DNA of 32,000 nucleotides from Alkanindiges illinoisensis DSM 15370 (GCF_000619845.1 NZ_JHUX01000003.1:248054-280053); one strand, 5' to 3'; counted from the stretch's first letter, positions 1 through 9,996 are shown. Translations and numbers: made by a program. The notes: generated by a model not told the origin, from the sequence alone.

Positions 1-2298
1 AGCAAGCTTGAGCAATTTTCAAAAGATGGCACTTTAAAAGAGTGGGCTACTGACATTGGGGGTGTGCTGTCTGAAGCTGGTAGCCTGTTTATGGAGCTGG
101 TCGGTATTGTCGGCGATGTTGTGAGTGAAATCTCTACACTCTGGCAGGATCTGGCTGGGTCGGTCAATGAAAGTACTGGTGCTCAAATCGGCTTCTTTGA
201 GTTGCTTAAAAATTCACTTAAGGTTGTGCACGTATTCTTTATTGGGTTGCGTACTGGTATCCAGTTGGTGATGGCAGGCATTAAGGCGGTAGTCCAGGAT
301 GCTGTGGCCACTATTATTGCCTCATTTGTATTATTCCGCACTGGTATTAATACAGCAGTCATTGCGGTAAGCGGTTTTGTTGAAGGCTTAATTGTACTGC
401 TCAAGACACTGGCCACGGTGGCCATGAAGGCATTGCAGCTGGATTTTACTGGTGCTATTTCCGCCTGGGAAAGTGGCACCAATAAGATTGCTGGGATTGT
501 GAAAGACAAGGCTCAGCAGATTGCCAAAGAAACCCGTAGCATGAAATCTGATTTATCAGCTGCTGCTGGTGGATCAGCCTTGCTTAATGGCAGTTTCGTT
601 AATAATGCCAACAAGATTACTCAGGACAGCCGTCAGCGCATAGATGATGTGCTACTGGGTGATGTGTCCATGAAGTCACCTAAAGCCAGCAATGCAGGTG
701 CTGCTGGCAATTCAGCAGTGAATAAGGTGGCTGTCGGTGCTGGTAAGGCAAAAAAGGAAAAAGAGAAAAAACCTAAGGCTGAAAAGTCTGAAATGAGTGA
801 TCTCAACAAGGGTCTGGATGCCAAAAAGTACGAATTCAATCAGAAAGAAAACGTACCATTTGGCCGTAATCTTGAATTTCCGATTGAGCAAGAACGCGAC
901 TACTGGCAGGAAATTTTAGCTACTCGTAAACTTTCAGCCAGCGATCGCTTTCAGGTAGAAGAAAAGCTACAGGATGCAATTCTTAAGTTGCATCGGAAAG
1001 CGGGTGATGAACAGATCCGAACATATAAGGATGACGAGGCAAAATATCGTAATAATCTTGAAGCCAAAAAATCAGCATTGGAGCAGCTAGTTTTAGCCAA
1101 CAAGAAATTGTATGGCGACGATTCAGATCAAGCCAAGTCAGCTCTTAAGGAAGTAGCAGCAGTTAATCAAGAAATGACTTTGCGTGCCTTGGCTAACTTA
1201 AAAACATCGAGAGAGTTTAAGTCATCCCAGAAGGAAAAAGAGCTGGATGCTGAGCAAGCTCATATTGATCATTTAGCTAATCTTAATCTGATCTCTGATC
1301 GTGAAAAGTTGCAGCGAGAACGTGAGCTGGAACAAAAGCGCTATGAGATCAAACGACAAGCACTCGCTGATCGTATGGCACTGTGGGAGGCTGAGAATAA
1401 AGTCACCAATGATGCAGATCCCAAGGAAAAGCAATCCATTCGAAATTCCATGACGGAATTAGATGCTGATCATCAGCAAAATCAGAAAGGCTTTGACATG
1501 CAGTCAGAGGCTGAGAAGATGGAGCGCTTGTTTGGTGGGCTAGGGGATCGGGTCAGCAATTTGTGGGATCAGGGCTTGCAGACCATGATGAATGGCACGC
1601 TGACCTGGCGTAATGCCATGAATGCGATTTTTGCCGATATGGGCGCTTTCTTTGTACAAAAGATGGTCAGTGAACCTTTGAAGCATTATATGGCAGGCCT
1701 TGCACACCGATTACTCGTCAAGATGGGTGTGATCAAGACAGAAGTTGCTGCTGAATCTGCTGGTCAAGCCGCACAGACGGGGGCAACCATTGTTGGTGAG
1801 GCTAGTCGTACAGGCGCAACGGCAGCAGGTGGCCTGATGCGTATTGGTCTTAAAGCAATGGAAGCCGTTAAAGGCATTATGTTGTCTGCATGGGAAGCAA
1901 TGGCAAGTGCTTATGCATCAATTGCCAAAATTCCATTCGTTGGTCCTGTAATTGCTCCAGTAGTCGCTGGTGGAACATTTGCTGCTGTTGCGGCACTTGC
2001 CGGCAAGATCAAGTCAGCATCTGGAGGCTACGACATTCCGGCAGGTGTGAATCCTGTCACCCAGTTGCACGAAGAAGAAATGGTATTGCCTAAACCCTAT
2101 GCCAATGTTATCCGGGATATGGCCAGCGGTGGCGTACCTGCTGCGGGCGGATCTGGTGCCATGGGTGGAACGGTTGAGCAAAATCAGTTCAACATTTCTG
2201 CACTGGATGCCAAGAGCCTCAAAAAACTGCTACGTCAAAATCCCGGAGCAGTGGCTGCTGGCCTAAAGGCCTATGGCCGTAATTTTGGGAGCCGGTAA
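1..2298 (+). CDS. Phage tail tape measure protein (5' end truncated by the window edge)
   Basis: The frame is open from base 1 with no upstream stop, so the listed Met at 64 is internal. Long protein with N-terminal hydrophobic helices, a central K/E-rich coiled-coil region and a Gly/Ala-rich C-terminus. It sits immediately upstream of the distal-tail genes. Confidence 0.8.
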   Translation, partial: SKLEQFSKDGTLKEWATDIGGVLSEAGSLFMELVGIVGDVVSEISTLWQDLAGSVNESTGAQIGFFELLKNSLKVVHVFFIGLRTGIQLVMAGIKAVVQDAVATIIASFVLFRTGINTAVIAVSGFVEGLIVLLKTLATVAMKALQLDFTGAISAWESGTNKIAGIVKDKAQQIAKETRSMKSDLSAAAGGSALLNGSFVNNANKITQDSRQRIDDVLLGDVSMKSPKASNAGAAGNSAVNKVAVGAGKAKKEKEKKPKAEKSEMSDLNKGLDAKKYEFNQKENVPFGRNLEFPIEQERDYWQEILATRKLSASDRFQVEEKLQDAILKLHRKAGDEQIRTYKDDEAKYRNNLEAKKSALEQLVLANKKLYGDDSDQAKSALKEVAAVNQEMTLRALANLKTSREFKSSQKEKELDAEQAHIDHLANLNLISDREKLQRERELEQKRYEIKRQALADRMALWEAENKVTNDADPKEKQSIRNSMTELDADHQQNQKGFDMQSEAEKMERLFGGLGDRVSNLWDQGLQTMMNGTLTWRNAMNAIFADMGAFFVQKMVSEPLKHYMAGLAHRLLVKMGVIKTEVAAESAGQAAQTGATIVGEASRTGATAAGGLMRIGLKAMEAVKGIMLSAWEAMASAYASIAKIPFVGPVIAPVVAGGTFAAVAALAGKIKSASGGYDIPAGVNPVTQLHEEEMVLPKPYANVIRDMASGGVPAAGGSGAMGGTVEQNQFNISALDAKSLKKLLRQNPGAVAAGLKAYGRNFGSR

Positions 2299-2300
2299 TC

Positions 2301-2948
2301 ATGTCTGATGCAATTTTTCCACTATTACCTGGCTTAACGTGGAACCTGACCAAGACACCGATGTTCAACACCAAGGTGATGACCTCGGTCAATGGCCAAG
2401 AACTGCGGGCATCGTTTCAGGCGGTGCCAAAATATGCCATTAGCCTGGGCTTTGAATTTTTACGCCAGCGTGGTGGTAAAACCGAGCTGGATCAGTTGGA
2501 AGCATTCTTTTATGAGCGACGTGGGGCGTTTGATTCGTTCCTGCTGCTTATGCCGGATGATAACCAGTTTAGTTGTACCTTTGTGGGTGATGGGTCAACC
2601 ACGACTTATCAGGTCTATAAAAAACTGTTTAACAGTGTGATACCACTGTCAAATACCCTGCCATTTAGCCTTATTGTGGATGCCTCCATGTGGAAGCAGG
2701 CCAGTAGCACCCTCATGTGGGGTACTGCCAGCAACCTGATGTGGCCATCCAGCAATATGCAGCTTGATAGCAAGGGAATGTTGACACTGGCCACACCTTT
2801 AGAAGCGGGTAAAACATTAAGTGTTACTGGTACATATTATTACCGGTGTCGCTTTAAGGATGATGAGCAGCAATACACTAATTTTATGGCCAACCTTTGG
2901 GAGGCCAAGAAAATTGAGATGGTTGCTTCACTAGGGAGTAAGGTATGA
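2301..2948 (+). CDS. Distal tail protein, DUF2460 / TIGR02217-like (RcGTA g12-like)
   Basis: N-terminus FPLLPGLTWNLTKTPMFNTKV..SVNGQELR and the later LEAFFYERRGAFDSF match the DUF2460 pattern as I recall it. The start lies 3 nt after the tape measure stop. Confidence 0.7.
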   Translation: MSDAIFPLLPGLTWNLTKTPMFNTKVMTSVNGQELRASFQAVPKYAISLGFEFLRQRGGKTELDQLEAFFYERRGAFDSFLLLMPDDNQFSCTFVGDGSTTTYQVYKKLFNSVIPLSNTLPFSLIVDASMWKQASSTLMWGTASNLMWPSSNMQLDSKGMLTLATPLEAGKTLSVTGTYYYRCRFKDDEQQYTNFMANLWEAKKIEMVASLGSKV

Positions 2949-3802
2949 GAGCAGCTTCAGCTAAATTGATCCAGCTGCTGGATGCCAACCAGTTTGTTAT
3001 GGCCGACCTTTACACATTGACCACTATTTTGGGGAAGGTGTACCGGTTTACCAATTATGATCTGGATCTGACAGTGGCTGGCCAGCTGTACCGTGCTGAT
3101 GGTCCTATCATCAGCCGTGACGGCATCAAGCAAACCACGGGCATTGAGGTTAGTAGCCTAAACATTGAGATTAAGGTCAATGATACGGTGCTTCTGGATG
3201 GCGTGCCATTTATTCAGTTACTGCATAACGGTGGCCTTGATGGAGCGCGGTTTAAGCTAGAGCGTATTTTCATGGACTGGCAGACACCAACTGATACCAG
3301 CGCTGGCACTATTAAGCTGTTTGAGGGTAGGCTGGTTGAGCCAGAGTTTCACCGCACCGGTGCCAGCTTTGAAGTGGCGTCCGATACGGAAGTTCTCAAT
3401 GTGCAGATGCCACGTAACCTGTACCAGCCTGGCTGTTTAAATACCCTGTTTGATTCAGGCTGCGGTTTGGTCAGAGCCGCGTATGCTGAGCTGGCCACTG
3501 TGGAAATCAATACCGTGGCCAACCGTATTCAATGTAGCCTTAATCATGCCCAGGGTTATTTTACCCAGGGTGTGGTCGAGTTTTTATCCGGAATAAATAC
3601 TGGGGTAAAACGCACGATTCGCCTGCATGAGTCCGGCGCGCTGCATCTCACCTTGCCATTGCACCAGTTGCCGGCCGTGGGTGACCAGATCCGGGTTTAT
3701 CCAGGCTGTGACAAGCGCATGGATACGTGCACCAACCGTTTTAATAACCTGTCAAATTTCCGGGGCTTTCCCTTTGTCCCGGTTCCTGAAACCGCTGTTT
3801 AA
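2945..3802 (+). CDS. Tail hub protein, DUF2163 plus BR0599 C-terminal domain (RcGTA g13-like)
   Basis: ATGA overlap with the upstream gene. The C-terminal GCDKRMDTCTNRFNNLSNFRGFPFVP is the characteristic Phage_BR0599 motif. Confidence 0.75.
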   Translation: MRAASAKLIQLLDANQFVMADLYTLTTILGKVYRFTNYDLDLTVAGQLYRADGPIISRDGIKQTTGIEVSSLNIEIKVNDTVLLDGVPFIQLLHNGGLDGARFKLERIFMDWQTPTDTSAGTIKLFEGRLVEPEFHRTGASFEVASDTEVLNVQMPRNLYQPGCLNTLFDSGCGLVRAAYAELATVEINTVANRIQCSLNHAQGYFTQGVVEFLSGINTGVKRTIRLHESGALHLTLPLHQLPAVGDQIRVYPGCDKRMDTCTNRFNNLSNFRGFPFVPVPETAV

Positions 3803-3823
3803 CTCAATTAATTTTCTTTTATA

Positions 3824-3846
3824 CCCGGCCAGTGTGCCGGGTTTTT
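3824..3846 (+). terminator. Rho-independent terminator inside the tail operon
   Basis: Perfect stem CCCGGC (3824-3829) / GCCGGG (3836-3841), 6-nt loop, then TTTTT (3842-3846). Confidence 0.7.
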
Positions 3847-3859
3847 CATTGTTGGAGAG

Positions 3860-6800
3860 ATGACAATGGCTGATTTACCTGTTGCAGATGACCTTATTGC
3901 ACCTAGTATTACTGAAGGTCAGTTTAAAGCGGCACTAAAGATATTAGTAGAAAACGTTGTTAGCAAAGATTATGTAAATAACAACGCTTTATTTAAACCG
4001 GTAGCCATTTCAAGTGGCCAATATACGCATATCGACCAGTTTAAAACAGCAGGCTATTACTTTGTACGTTCGACAGCCATTGCTACGGCCATTGTTGGAC
4101 TACCAGAAAGCCGGCCGTGCATCATTGAAGTGATTGCTAACACAAATAGTGCTAACACAAATATAGTATCGCAGATCATTAGACCGCTCGGTGCTGCTTA
4201 TTATTATTTTAGATCAACACTAAGCACGGGCGAATTTGCTGCTACATTTGAGAAAGTTATTGGACAAGCCGCGATTGCGACGCTAATTAGCACTGCAAGC
4301 GATGCTGCCAAAGCTGCTGCAACTGCTGAAGCAAAAACCTACAGCGACACAAAACTTGACGCAAAGCAAGTGATTTATGCGTACAGTGATGGCAATATGA
4401 TCGGCGCAAAAACACTACGCTACCCAAATTTTGGCTTGCGCGGTGATTATACGATTGCAGATAGTACCGTTTATGATGCCGTTATTGTACCAGTGCAGGC
4501 AGGCGATACGCTATACATTCACAACGATCAGTCACGTTACACTGGCTCAACTGGATCGAACTATGCGTTTTTTGCGCAAAACCCGTTTTTAAACAGGGCG
4601 CAAACCGCGCTTGCAACATCCGGTGCTGACAGCAGTACAACGGATAGCACTAGCGCAATTATATATAAAAAGGCGATTGCACCCGCTGATGCCCGTTATT
4701 TAATCGTAAATGAGCGTTTTACCGCAAATGCGGGTGGTACAACAAACTATAACTGGGCGGTGCATAAAGACGCATTCAATCCGGCATATACACAAGGCAA
4801 TGCCTATGTTGCTGAGATAGACGGCATCAAGTTTAAGGATACGTCTGTAAAATTATCAAAAGAAAACAACCCTACTGTGTCAGCAAAAAACATCTACACA
4901 GGTGATGTCAACGTTAAAGCACGGGTAAACGACAACGGTGTGTATATCAGTGCCAATGCCAATGACATTTTATCGCCATTTATTCCGGTTGAATTTGGCA
5001 AGACCTACACCATTAGCGGCATACCCCGCGACATGATGGCAACAACGGCAACCCGCATCATGGGTGTTGCCAGCAACACAGTGCCGAGCACAGACTTTGT
5101 CAAAGTTTTAACGACAACTACTGACACTACTGTCACTGTTACAATTAATGACGTGCAGATTAAATATATTGTATTCCCACTGGCTGCTAACAATCTGGGT
5201 GTGCTGGAAAAAGCACAATTTGCGCCAGTGCAGATTGAGGTCGGCAGCGTAGCCACTGCCTATCAACCCTCCGAATATACAATAGCACTCCAGCGCGTCA
5301 TTAATAAATTTAGCACTAGCGCAAACAGCAGCGGGGCGTTGAAAGATGCAGGCATAAAAGTTGTATCGCAATTTATTGACTTAAACATGGTACGCGAGCC
5401 ACAAATGAGTACTGTGTCACCGATTATCAAAGGTGTCGGCCCGCGCGGTGCAAGTTATGGCGTTAAAGGTACGGCGGCGACAGATAGTGCGAGCAATAAT
5501 ATCTATGCCCAGTTTGATGTGCTTAGCGACAGCAACAAAGCGGTTAATGTCAATGTTATAAAATACGTCAATGGCGAGAGGGCTGCTGGCGTGCTGCATC
5601 CGCGTGCATTTAGCGTACCATCCGGGGCATTAGATAACCCGGACAGCTTTGCTTACGCTGACAAATATCCCAAAGATTTATCAACGCACCCAGTGATTGC
5701 TTATACCGCAACGCCCATCGCAGGATTTAATTACTGGATGATTTCGTCTACTTTTCCGCCCACCTCGGAATCCGGTGTAAAGTGGGAAGATGAAGATATG
5801 TTTGTCAGTAATGATGCGGTGACGTGGCAGCGTATCCGCTCAGTCTATGAAACTGACAAGTCATACACGACAGCAACACTGCGCTTGCCGCCGCAAACGC
5901 TGGTTACCAACAACTCGCGCAAGCATTGTTTTTTACCATCCCCTGCCGTTGGTGATGTGTTTGAAGTAAGCGTACCTGCGAGCAATGGCGCACCAGCACT
6001 TGACCGCCAAACCATGACACTGAGTACACGCTTGCCGTGGAAGCATGACCCGTACTTGCTCATTGACGATGGGTACATCTACACATACCACTCTTTTAAC
6101 CTGTTTTTTAACGAGCGCAATGACGAAAAGAGTCACTTTTTTGTCTGCGTCCGCACTAATAATGGGATTGATTGGGATGTCGTGCGCACTGACGGTAGCA
6201 CCATGCGATTAACCGAAGCCACAAGCCGTCAGCTCTTCACCAAAGACGATCAAGGTCGTTATAACTATATGAATTATGCGTATAACGATGATCGCCAGAA
6301 CCCTGAAATTGTTAAATACGGAACAGGTGATTATGAGCTGGTATGGGGCAGGAACTTTACAGTGCGTTATAAAGGCACAACGCCGTATGCGTTTGATTTT
6401 TCTACTGCGTATCCGTTTAAGGATACCAGCTCGACAAACCATCCGACCTTGTTATTTAAAGACAATATTTTATATGTCATTACAAACAAGGCGGTGTATC
6501 AAAGTACAGACCGTGGCGCGACATTGACGGTGTTGCCAAAATACCCAATGTGGCTGGGTGGTGTGCAGGGCTTTGGCTATAAAAAAAGCTGCTGTATCGG
6601 CGCTGGTGACAAATTTATTGTTGCAGATACCCAGCGCATTAATGCACCCGCTTTTACATCAGGCGCGGTCAACGCAGTTAATGACATCAATCAAGTGTTT
6701 TTCTATGAGTATCCGAGTTTTACTGATTTTTTAACTAAAGCAAACACGGGTTTAATTGATGCGTACATAGATTTGCAAGTGACTAAAGTAAATCTAAATA

Positions 6801-6991
6801 CAAATAGCCGCCAGGTCTTAAATATACCCTGCATTAGCCCAACTGCGTCTAGCGCAACAGGGATTGCTGCACTGTACCGCTTGAAAGTGGCTGACTTAGA
6901 GCTAAAAGCAGGCGACACGGTATATTTTCACGTTACGCTAAATTCAAGATCAGGCGCTGAAATTGTATTTGGCGGTATTGATTTGACTTGA
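3860..6991 (+). CDS. Large multidomain tail fibre / tailspike-like protein with a putative beta-propeller glycosidase-like C-terminal region
   Basis: Residues around 55-130 (TAGYYFV..GLPE..CIIEVIAN..VSQIIRP..YYYFRS) resemble a pyocin-knob-type fibre domain. An Ala-rich AAKAAATAEAKTYSDTKLDAK linker is typical of fibres. Three Asp-box-like motifs are present: SNDAVTW 5807-5827, TNNGIDW 6155-6175 and STDRGATL 6503-6526. The GGAGAG RBS at 3853-3858 suits the ATG at 3866 better than the one at 3860. No family assignment is possible by eye. Confidence 0.45.
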   Translation: MTMADLPVADDLIAPSITEGQFKAALKILVENVVSKDYVNNNALFKPVAISSGQYTHIDQFKTAGYYFVRSTAIATAIVGLPESRPCIIEVIANTNSANTNIVSQIIRPLGAAYYYFRSTLSTGEFAATFEKVIGQAAIATLISTASDAAKAAATAEAKTYSDTKLDAKQVIYAYSDGNMIGAKTLRYPNFGLRGDYTIADSTVYDAVIVPVQAGDTLYIHNDQSRYTGSTGSNYAFFAQNPFLNRAQTALATSGADSSTTDSTSAIIYKKAIAPADARYLIVNERFTANAGGTTNYNWAVHKDAFNPAYTQGNAYVAEIDGIKFKDTSVKLSKENNPTVSAKNIYTGDVNVKARVNDNGVYISANANDILSPFIPVEFGKTYTISGIPRDMMATTATRIMGVASNTVPSTDFVKVLTTTTDTTVTVTINDVQIKYIVFPLAANNLGVLEKAQFAPVQIEVGSVATAYQPSEYTIALQRVINKFSTSANSSGALKDAGIKVVSQFIDLNMVREPQMSTVSPIIKGVGPRGASYGVKGTAATDSASNNIYAQFDVLSDSNKAVNVNVIKYVNGERAAGVLHPRAFSVPSGALDNPDSFAYADKYPKDLSTHPVIAYTATPIAGFNYWMISSTFPPTSESGVKWEDEDMFVSNDAVTWQRIRSVYETDKSYTTATLRLPPQTLVTNNSRKHCFLPSPAVGDVFEVSVPASNGAPALDRQTMTLSTRLPWKHDPYLLIDDGYIYTYHSFNLFFNERNDEKSHFFVCVRTNNGIDWDVVRTDGSTMRLTEATSRQLFTKDDQGRYNYMNYAYNDDRQNPEIVKYGTGDYELVWGRNFTVRYKGTTPYAFDFSTAYPFKDTSSTNHPTLLFKDNILYVITNKAVYQSTDRGATLTVLPKYPMWLGGVQGFGYKKSCCIGAGDKFIVADTQRINAPAFTSGAVNAVNDINQVFFYEYPSFTDFLTKANTGLIDAYIDLQVTKVNLNTNSRQVLNIPCISPTASSATGIAALYRLKVADLELKAGDTVYFHVTLNSRSGAEIVFGGIDLT

Positions 6992-7009
6992 TAATCATAT
7001 TAATCCGCA

Positions 7010-7027
7010 CTTATTTAATTAAATAAG
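7010..7027. repeat. Perfect 18-bp A/T-rich palindrome at the right edge of the inserted cassette
   Basis: CTTATTTAA|TTAAATAAG, read directly. It lies between the stop of the 1043-aa gene and the RBS of the NlpC/P60 gene. Confidence 0.6.
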
Positions 7028-7034
7028 GAAAACC

Positions 7035-7457
7035 ATGAAAACTGATTTAATTATTACTGAAGCCAGATCCTGGCTCGGGACGCCTTACCATCATCAAGGG
7101 CGGATTAAGGGCGTAGGGGTGGACTGTGGCATGCTGCTCTGTGAGGTTTATCATGCAGCAGGCCTTATTCCCTTTGTTGATCCTCGGCCATATCCCCCGG
7201 ACTGGTATATGCACCAGATGGACAATAAATACTTGGACTGGGTGAAACAATATGCCGAGCCAGTAGCTACACCAAAACAGGGCGATATCGCCCTGTTTCA
7301 TTTTGGAAAATCGATTAGCCATGCGGCCATTGTGGTGGCATGGCCAACCATTATCCATGCCTATCATGGCCAGGGCTGCATATTGGGTGATGCGACCAAG
7401 GGCAGGCTGTGCAGTAATTTAGCCGGTTTTTGGCGTATCCGGGAGAATCAGGGATGA
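7035..7457 (+). CDS. Phage cell-wall peptidase, NlpC/P60 family (RcGTA g14-like, TIGR02219-like)
   Basis: WLGTPYHHQGR..GVGVDCGMLLCEVY supplies the catalytic Cys context. GDIALFHF....SHAAIV supplies the His context. Confidence 0.8.
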   Translation: MKTDLIITEARSWLGTPYHHQGRIKGVGVDCGMLLCEVYHAAGLIPFVDPRPYPPDWYMHQMDNKYLDWVKQYAEPVATPKQGDIALFHFGKSISHAAIVVAWPTIIHAYHGQGCILGDATKGRLCSNLAGFWRIRENQG

Positions 7458-9931
7458 GCGGCGGTACAATAAGAATATCGGCAGAAAAATCCAATAGCTT
7501 GCGCGTACAGACCTCAGCCTATGGCTTATGCCTGCCACTGATTTATGGCCGGCAGCGGGTTGCCGCTAATATGTTCTGGTATAGCGATTTTAATGCCATT
7601 GCTCATACCACCACCAGTAAATCCGGGGGCTTTTTAGGTATGGGTAAAACCAAGACTAAAAACACCACCTACACTTATCAGGCAGCACTGATGCTAGGAC
7701 TTGGGGAGTCCATCACCTCAGTAGACACCATCTGGATTGACAAGGATCAGGTCACAGCCAAGCAAAATGGTGGCGCAACAGAAACGGCACTGGCCCAGCG
7801 TGGCCTTGAACTGTTTACTGGCCAGAATAACAGTGTCTGGGGTTATTTAACTTCCCGGCATCCGGATCAGGCTTTAACGTATCCAAGGCTTGCCTATATT
7901 TGCTCTGGCGCGTATGACCTGGGCGAAAGTGCTACATTGGCCAACCATGGGTTTGAAGTCACCGGCAAGTACTCCATTTCCAGCACTGTGCTAGACGCTA
8001 ACCCGGCTGATGTGATTTATGACTATATCAAAAATCCCAATTATGGTGCGGCGCCTGATTTAAACTTGGCTAGCTTAAGTCAGTTCAGAACGTATTGTGC
8101 TGCTGCCAACCTGTTGGTGAGCCCTGCATTTACTGAACAGCGCTCTGCCTATGAAGCGATTAACGACCTGGTGGAATCGGTTAATTGTGCCGTGGTGGCC
8201 AGCGCTGATGGCTTAAAAATCATTCCGTATGGCGATGCACCACTCACTGGCAACGGTTATACCTATACACCGAATTTAACCCCGGTGTATCACTTAACTG
8301 ATGATGACTTCCTGGATCAGGAGGAACCGGTCAGGGTCAAGCGTAGCCGGGATTCTGATGCCTATAACCATTGCCAGATTGAATACGTCAACCGGCACAA
8401 CCAGTACAATACGGAAATCGTAGAGGCTAAGGACCAGGCCAATATTGAAATGTACGGCCTGCGCACTGAAGATCCGGTCAAGCTGAACCACTTTTGTGAG
8501 CCAGTGATTGCCCGCCATGCTGTCCAGCTGCGCATGCAGCGTAAACTGCATATCCGGAATATTTATGAGTTTGAGCTGGGCTGGAAGTACTGCCGGCTGG
8601 AACCTATGGATATTGTCACCCTGACAGATTCATCCTTAGGCTTAAACCAGTTTCCAGTGCGTATTAAGGACATTGACGAAGATGATGACGGCCAGCTGAC
8701 AATCACCGCTGAAGAACTGGTGATCGGTGTTGGGAGTGCCATTAACTATGACCTGCAATCGTCCAACGGTTATCAGGGCGGCAATGAAGATCCGGGGCCT
8801 GTATTTGCACCAGTAATTTTTGAGCCACCGCTGGAATTAACCGATGGCAACAATGAAGTGTGGGTGGCTGTTGCCGGTGGACCAAACTGGGGTGGCTGTC
8901 AGGTTTGGGTGAGTTACGACAATCAGAGCTTCAGTCAAGCAGGGGCTGTTTACGGTGCGGCACGCTATGGCCAGCTTATTGGCAGTATCGATGCAGACGA
9001 TACAGCATTATATGTTGAGCTGAACACCAGCCTGCAAATTTACTCATCCAGCACCGTGGCAGTGGAAGCCGATGTAAGCCTGGTGCTTGTTGGTAATGAA
9101 TACCTGTCTTATCTGAATTCCACGTTAACTGGCCAGCAAACCTACCAGCTGACGGATCTGGAGCGCGGCCGCTTCAATGATGCCCAGGCACATACGGACA
9201 ATACCCGTGTGGTGGTGTTAGATAGTGCCATCTTCAATGCGACAGTGAATAAAAACCTGATCGGTAAAACCATCTATTTAAAATTTACCAGTTTTAACAG
9301 TCTGGAGCGCAAGCACGAGCAGCTGGCCGATGTGGCTGCTTATTCTTACACCCTGGTTGGCGGTGCACCGGGTGGGCCAGCAGGCCTGTCATTGGTTGCA
9401 CCTTTTAATGGCAATAGCTTTACGGTGCAGTGGTCATTTGTCAGTGGTGCGAGCAGCTACGTGGTGCAGATCCTGTCAGATGGGGTGGTGCGGCGTGAAG
9501 TGGAAGTGACATCCACCAGCTACAGTTATGGTTATCAGGATGCTGCTACTGATGGTGGCCCATGGCGTGCTTTTACGGTACGAGTGGCCAGCCGGTCAAA
9601 TGGCAGTGTTTCGGCCTTTGCTGAGCTGAATGTCAGTAATCCTGTGCCGGCAGCAGTCGTTAATGTGATTGCTGTTCCTGGAACAAATAGCATCAGTGTG
9701 TCATGGGATAATAGCAGTGCACCAGACCTGAAGGACTATCAGGTCTGGCTATCAACAACCAGTGGTTTTGATCCTGCCACAATGGCTGCCTCATGGACTG
9801 GAAACAGTACTAACCATACCTTTACGGGTCTGGCTAGTGGTGCCACCTATTACATTCGGGTTGCGGCGCGGGATGTTTGGGGCGCTGGTGCACTAAATTA
9901 TTCAGGACAGGTTAGCCAAGCGGCTGGCTAA
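7454..9931 (+). CDS. Host-specificity / central tail-tip protein (lambda J-like / RcGTA g15-like) with two C-terminal fibronectin type III-like domains
   Basis: LRVQTSAYGLCLPLIYGRQRVAANMFWYSDF is the conserved N-terminal pattern of this family. The ATG at 7454 forms an ATGA overlap with the upstream stop and follows GGGAGA, so I prefer it to the ORF-track start at 7430. The C-terminal region from about 9370 to 9928 holds two FN3-like repeats (SFTVQWS..YVVQI..., SISVSWD..YQVWL..YYIRVAARD). Confidence 0.75.
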   Translation: MSGGTIRISAEKSNSLRVQTSAYGLCLPLIYGRQRVAANMFWYSDFNAIAHTTTSKSGGFLGMGKTKTKNTTYTYQAALMLGLGESITSVDTIWIDKDQVTAKQNGGATETALAQRGLELFTGQNNSVWGYLTSRHPDQALTYPRLAYICSGAYDLGESATLANHGFEVTGKYSISSTVLDANPADVIYDYIKNPNYGAAPDLNLASLSQFRTYCAAANLLVSPAFTEQRSAYEAINDLVESVNCAVVASADGLKIIPYGDAPLTGNGYTYTPNLTPVYHLTDDDFLDQEEPVRVKRSRDSDAYNHCQIEYVNRHNQYNTEIVEAKDQANIEMYGLRTEDPVKLNHFCEPVIARHAVQLRMQRKLHIRNIYEFELGWKYCRLEPMDIVTLTDSSLGLNQFPVRIKDIDEDDDGQLTITAEELVIGVGSAINYDLQSSNGYQGGNEDPGPVFAPVIFEPPLELTDGNNEVWVAVAGGPNWGGCQVWVSYDNQSFSQAGAVYGAARYGQLIGSIDADDTALYVELNTSLQIYSSSTVAVEADVSLVLVGNEYLSYLNSTLTGQQTYQLTDLERGRFNDAQAHTDNTRVVVLDSAIFNATVNKNLIGKTIYLKFTSFNSLERKHEQLADVAAYSYTLVGGAPGGPAGLSLVAPFNGNSFTVQWSFVSGASSYVVQILSDGVVRREVEVTSTSYSYGYQDAATDGGPWRAFTVRVASRSNGSVSAFAELNVSNPVPAAVVNVIAVPGTNSISVSWDNSSAPDLKDYQVWLSTTSGFDPATMAASWTGNSTNHTFTGLASGATYYIRVAARDVWGAGALNYSGQVSQAAG

Positions 9932-9947
9932 AACAATTTTATTTTTC

Positions 9948-9972
9948 AAAGCTCCTAATCGGGAGCTTTTTG
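9948..9972 (+). terminator. Rho-independent terminator after the host-specificity gene
   Basis: Stem AAAGCTCC (9948-9955) / GGAGCTTT (9962-9969), followed by a T run. Confidence 0.7.
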
Positions 9973-9996
9973 CATTTTGAATGGAAGGGAAATCTT

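Noticed and set aside
7430-7453. The ORF-track start at 7430 for the host-specificity gene, overlapping the NlpC/P60 gene by 28 nt.
   Set aside because: The ATG at 7454 gives an ATGA stop/start overlap and follows GGGAGA. The extra eight codons have no support.
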